Shown here: one piece after another, positions 60,523 to 64,000 of the stretch
How positions within the stretch are numbered: position 1 is the first letter of the stretch
Layout of the letters: each line of letters starts with the position of its first letter
NCBI RefSeq assembly: GCF_033153115.1
Contig: NW_026889824.1
Location: 1,240,001 to 1,304,000, forward strand
Source of the DNA: Saccostrea echinata
Taxonomy: Eukaryota
Direction: 5' to 3'
DNA length: 64,000 nt
Translations under genes and position numbers: made by a program
Notes under the pieces: model-generated
What the model saw: only the letters and a program-made list of their open reading frames with translations
Databases searched by the model: none
What the model was told of the DNA's origin: nothing

Positions 60523-63291
60523 GTATGTATTGCAGTTAATCTGTATCACTTTATGGTATGTAATGTAGATAAAAGTTTTTAAAAGGTTTTTTAAAAAAAC
60601 TTTTTTAAGCTGTGTCAGCAGTCATTAAACTGAGTTTGATAAATTAAGCGTGCGAACTTCAGATAAGTGATATAAGAATTGAAAAATTTACTGACTGCAA
60701 ATAACTGTTTAAGGTCAGAAAGTGTATCAGAATATGGTACTGGAAACAATCTAAACAGCCAGGTAGTCCCCCAATTCAAATCAATTGCTGTTTACAAATA
60801 CACAGGTAATATATCTGGTCTGCTTTGATAAAATGAACTAGACATGTTAAGTCTTTGAGGTTTCTATAAGTAATCCTGATAGACTCCCGCGGGGATACAC
60901 AAATCTAATCCCAGTGTGTTCTATAGCTTGTAAAAGAAATACAAGGTTGTCAATAAAGGAAACAGATTTATCCAATCTAGTTCTCTGCAATAACGGATCA
61001 TTATTGACAAAAGAAATCCAGGTTTCTTTGTAAGATTCAATCATCATTTCTCCTATGTATTTTATTACAGTGGAGAAGTCTCTTTAGCAAAATCTTTAGA
61101 AGAAATATTTTTTTTCATGTTTTTTTCCGATTAAATTTCAAAATCCAGCTTAAACAAAGAGCTTCTATATTTTGTTTTGTTTTGATTAGAATTGAAAAAG
61201 AAATAATAAATAACAGATTCATTTTGTATATATTTAGACTTCTTCTCTACTCAAAGTTAAGACATGAGAGTTTGGTAAAGATCTATGCATCTAATGTAAT
61301 ATAGTTTCATCCGAACACCGTCCAGTCTACTTTTATATATAGTATACGAATTGAGTTGTTATAATAACTAAAGTAAAAGTTATGTTAAAATCTTTACTAA
61401 GAATTAAAAACGATTTTTAATAGGTGTGATGAAGCTTGATTGAGTACAAGAAAACAATTTTAGAGATTAATACATGTATTACACACTAACAATACAAGCC
61501 TAGGCTTTACTTTATATACAGTTATCTTACACAGTAAAATATTGTTGAATACGTTACTTTGAGTGCTTATAAATGTTCAGCCTTAGAAAAGATTTATTTT
61601 TGTAATATTTAGATAAGTTGATCTGGTTTAATATACCAAGAGATTTACATATAAAGACTCATAACCTGAGATTTGAGGATTTGTGTCAAATGTGATCTAA
61701 GTGGTCAGTCTCGCCGGTGTCAGATTAACGTCTTATCGGGGTCATTGGTTAAAATATTCATCTATGATCAGATGGTCACGAAGTCCCAAATGATAAAATT
61801 CGTTGATGTATGAACAAAAATTTATGAAATAATTGAGGCTTAACTGTTATTATGCTATGTATTAAAAACTTACAGCTACAATTTAACTTGTCTAACTGGT
61901 GTGTCTTAACTCGGGTGCCAATTTTTGACAATTTTCAAAGCGAATACATGTAATCTTTCGTCTATATAACAGGATGACTGACATTTAATTAGTTTTAATT
62001 AATTACTAGTAGCATGTGTCGAGCTGGATATACCTCTTCAAAGTGTAGGGAAATATTGCCTATAGATTCAGTGTTTATTGTAATATACCTTTATCTGTAA
62101 GATAATATACCTGATAGTTAATTACGCTATCTCAGATGGCACAACACTTGGTTCCCAACTCAGGTAAGAAAAGTTTAAAATCGTATTAAACGATTTAAAT
62201 ACTGTTTGAAAGTTTCTGACCGTTTTGATTTTTAGTCTGATACTAGAATTCTTGCAAGCGTGAAGGCGTAAATCAGAACATGGAAGGTGGCCTTGAATTG
62301 AAGGACTACTTTTCCATGAAGTCTGTCTCCCTTAGAAATTTTAATTCATCAAATTGCTTTTATGAGTTATTAAGTCTAATGAACTTAGTATATGTAATTA
62401 GAGACAACTTAAAAAGCATTTTTATTCCTTACACAGCACACTTTTTGAGACAAGATTTATTCTGCAAATTGAAGGGGAAATAGTATTGAAATACACATGT
62501 ATGAAACAAATTTAATGACATTTTAAATAATCAGCTGTTCGTAAAGATTTACATTACAGCAACTGCAAATAAAACTTAGTGTTACAAACTATTTTACTGT
62601 TTAAAGGAAACAACAGGATATCAATGTTTAATTATGCATGCGCCTTAATACAACCCTAAATGTGTCTTCCAGTTCACAGTACAGTATTAATGTTAGATCA
62701 GATCTTGTTTCTATATGATGAAAGGTTTAGGGTAGGATAAGGGAGGGAGGGGGCCGTGTGGCTCTAGTCCTTTTTATGGTGCTATTTTCATAACACCGAG
62801 GTAGGTATCAAATCAATGTAAGCCCATATGAAGACAGAGATTAGCAAACATCGATTTATATATCTTTTGGATTAGCGTGCCACCATTAGATAGAAGAGTC
62901 AAAACACGAAGTCCTGCTTAGAAGACGCTGTCGCGGTTTAAAAAATCGGTTTTCGATCTTAAAGTTATTAATCTCGCCTAGATAGAGGGAGGTATTTTCT
63001 TTGGTTTGTGCAGTGATCTCACAATTTTCAATAAAAGATCAGCCAATGACACATTCACCAGACTGAGTGTTGCAATACCTTGAGTAGCAGAAAAAGAACG
63101 GGTCCAAATTCGTTTAGAAATTAAAAATTCAGTGTCTCATAAAACTTTAAATGAAGTTTGAAAAGAGTCAATTTACTTATTCGTTCTATCGCTACATGGA
63201 GTTTAAAATATTTTCACCTCTGTGAAGGATATACAATATTAGTGAACAAAAGTGTACCTTTGGAACAATATATCAGTCTCCATAAATCAAA

Positions 63292-63450
63292 ATGGATGCT
63301 AGGGAGGCTTTTCTAGTAGTGGAGAGCTCTAAGGCAGTATTATATGACCCTAATCTCCGATGTCCTGACTGTGTGTTAGAGAAATCACACAGTATGTTCC
63401 CGGATCTTCCTTCACGGCATAATACATTCCTCACCACACCTGGATCAAAG
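63292..63450 (+). CDS. Possible alternative first coding exon of the same downstream gene
   Basis: AAAATGG start preceded by an in-frame TAA, 53 codons (MDAREAFLVVESSKAVLYDPNLRCPDCVLEK..TPGSK), and a phase-0 donor AAG|GTACTC. Confidence 0.4.
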
Positions 63451-64000
63451 GTACTCAACAAATCTGGCTTATTCGTTTTCTGTTTTCTATAAGAAATTTT
63501 TATTTATTTATTCATTTATTTTATTTTTTCAATATTTTTGTAGAACTTGTATCATGAACATTTATTTGATGAAACTTCTAATAAGAACATGCATTTAATT
63601 TTAAAACACACATAATCATGTTAAATACTACATATTGTTATTATTATACTGGCGATACTAGCAGATCTAGATGATTGTTAACACTGTTGTCTACAGAATA
63701 AATGTCTGGAACATTATTATATTGTCCAGTTAAAGTCCAGTAATATCATACATTAAAAGCCAGTTAGGAATTTAAGGGGGGGGGGGGTAGGAAGAAAAGA
63801 CTTGGATGTCATGACCTAGAATACGCAAAACCAATATAGAAGACAGGGAAGACACGGAACTTATATTACTATTATCGTACGTTACTGAAATGCACTGAGC
63901 AATTCTGCAGTATACTGTATGTACACGAATTAAATATATATACTGTTATAAAATAATACGTAAAAAATCTCGAAAACTACTCTGTATAGTTTTGATATAA

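Overview
This is AT-rich, intron-containing animal DNA. The repeat families (Helentron-associated HINE elements carrying ~165-bp satellite arrays, tRNA-derived SINEs, many MITEs) point to a bivalve, most likely an oyster; that assignment is an inference. I reconstructed the protein-coding genes by hand from GT-AG splice sites with consistent phases. (1) A 6-exon, 402-aa glutamine-synthetase-II-like gene (+, 1954-5708) keeps the metal and ATP ligands but has lost the ammonium-site and catalytic-flap residues, so it is probably a neofunctionalised acid:amine ligase. (2) A partial-BTB/BACK/Kelch gene has a single coding exon (+, 13984-15480). (3) A 4-exon, 342-aa Rv2258c-like wHTH + SAM methyltransferase lies at 30991-26875 (-). 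(4, 5) Two tandem paralogous Shisa-like (6-Cys) single-pass membrane protein genes lie at 44797-35357 and 56020-~49872 (-). The second has a 68-bp triplication across its TM-exon acceptor that predicts tail-less versus full-length isoforms. (6) The 5' exon(s) of an unidentified gene start at 59917 (+) and run off the window. The rest is nested transposons (a LINE interrupted by a HINE and a MITE, a mariner relic, foldback elements, Penelope-like fragments), minisatellites of 28, 28, 42 and 33 bp, (TA)n tracts and three assembly gaps.
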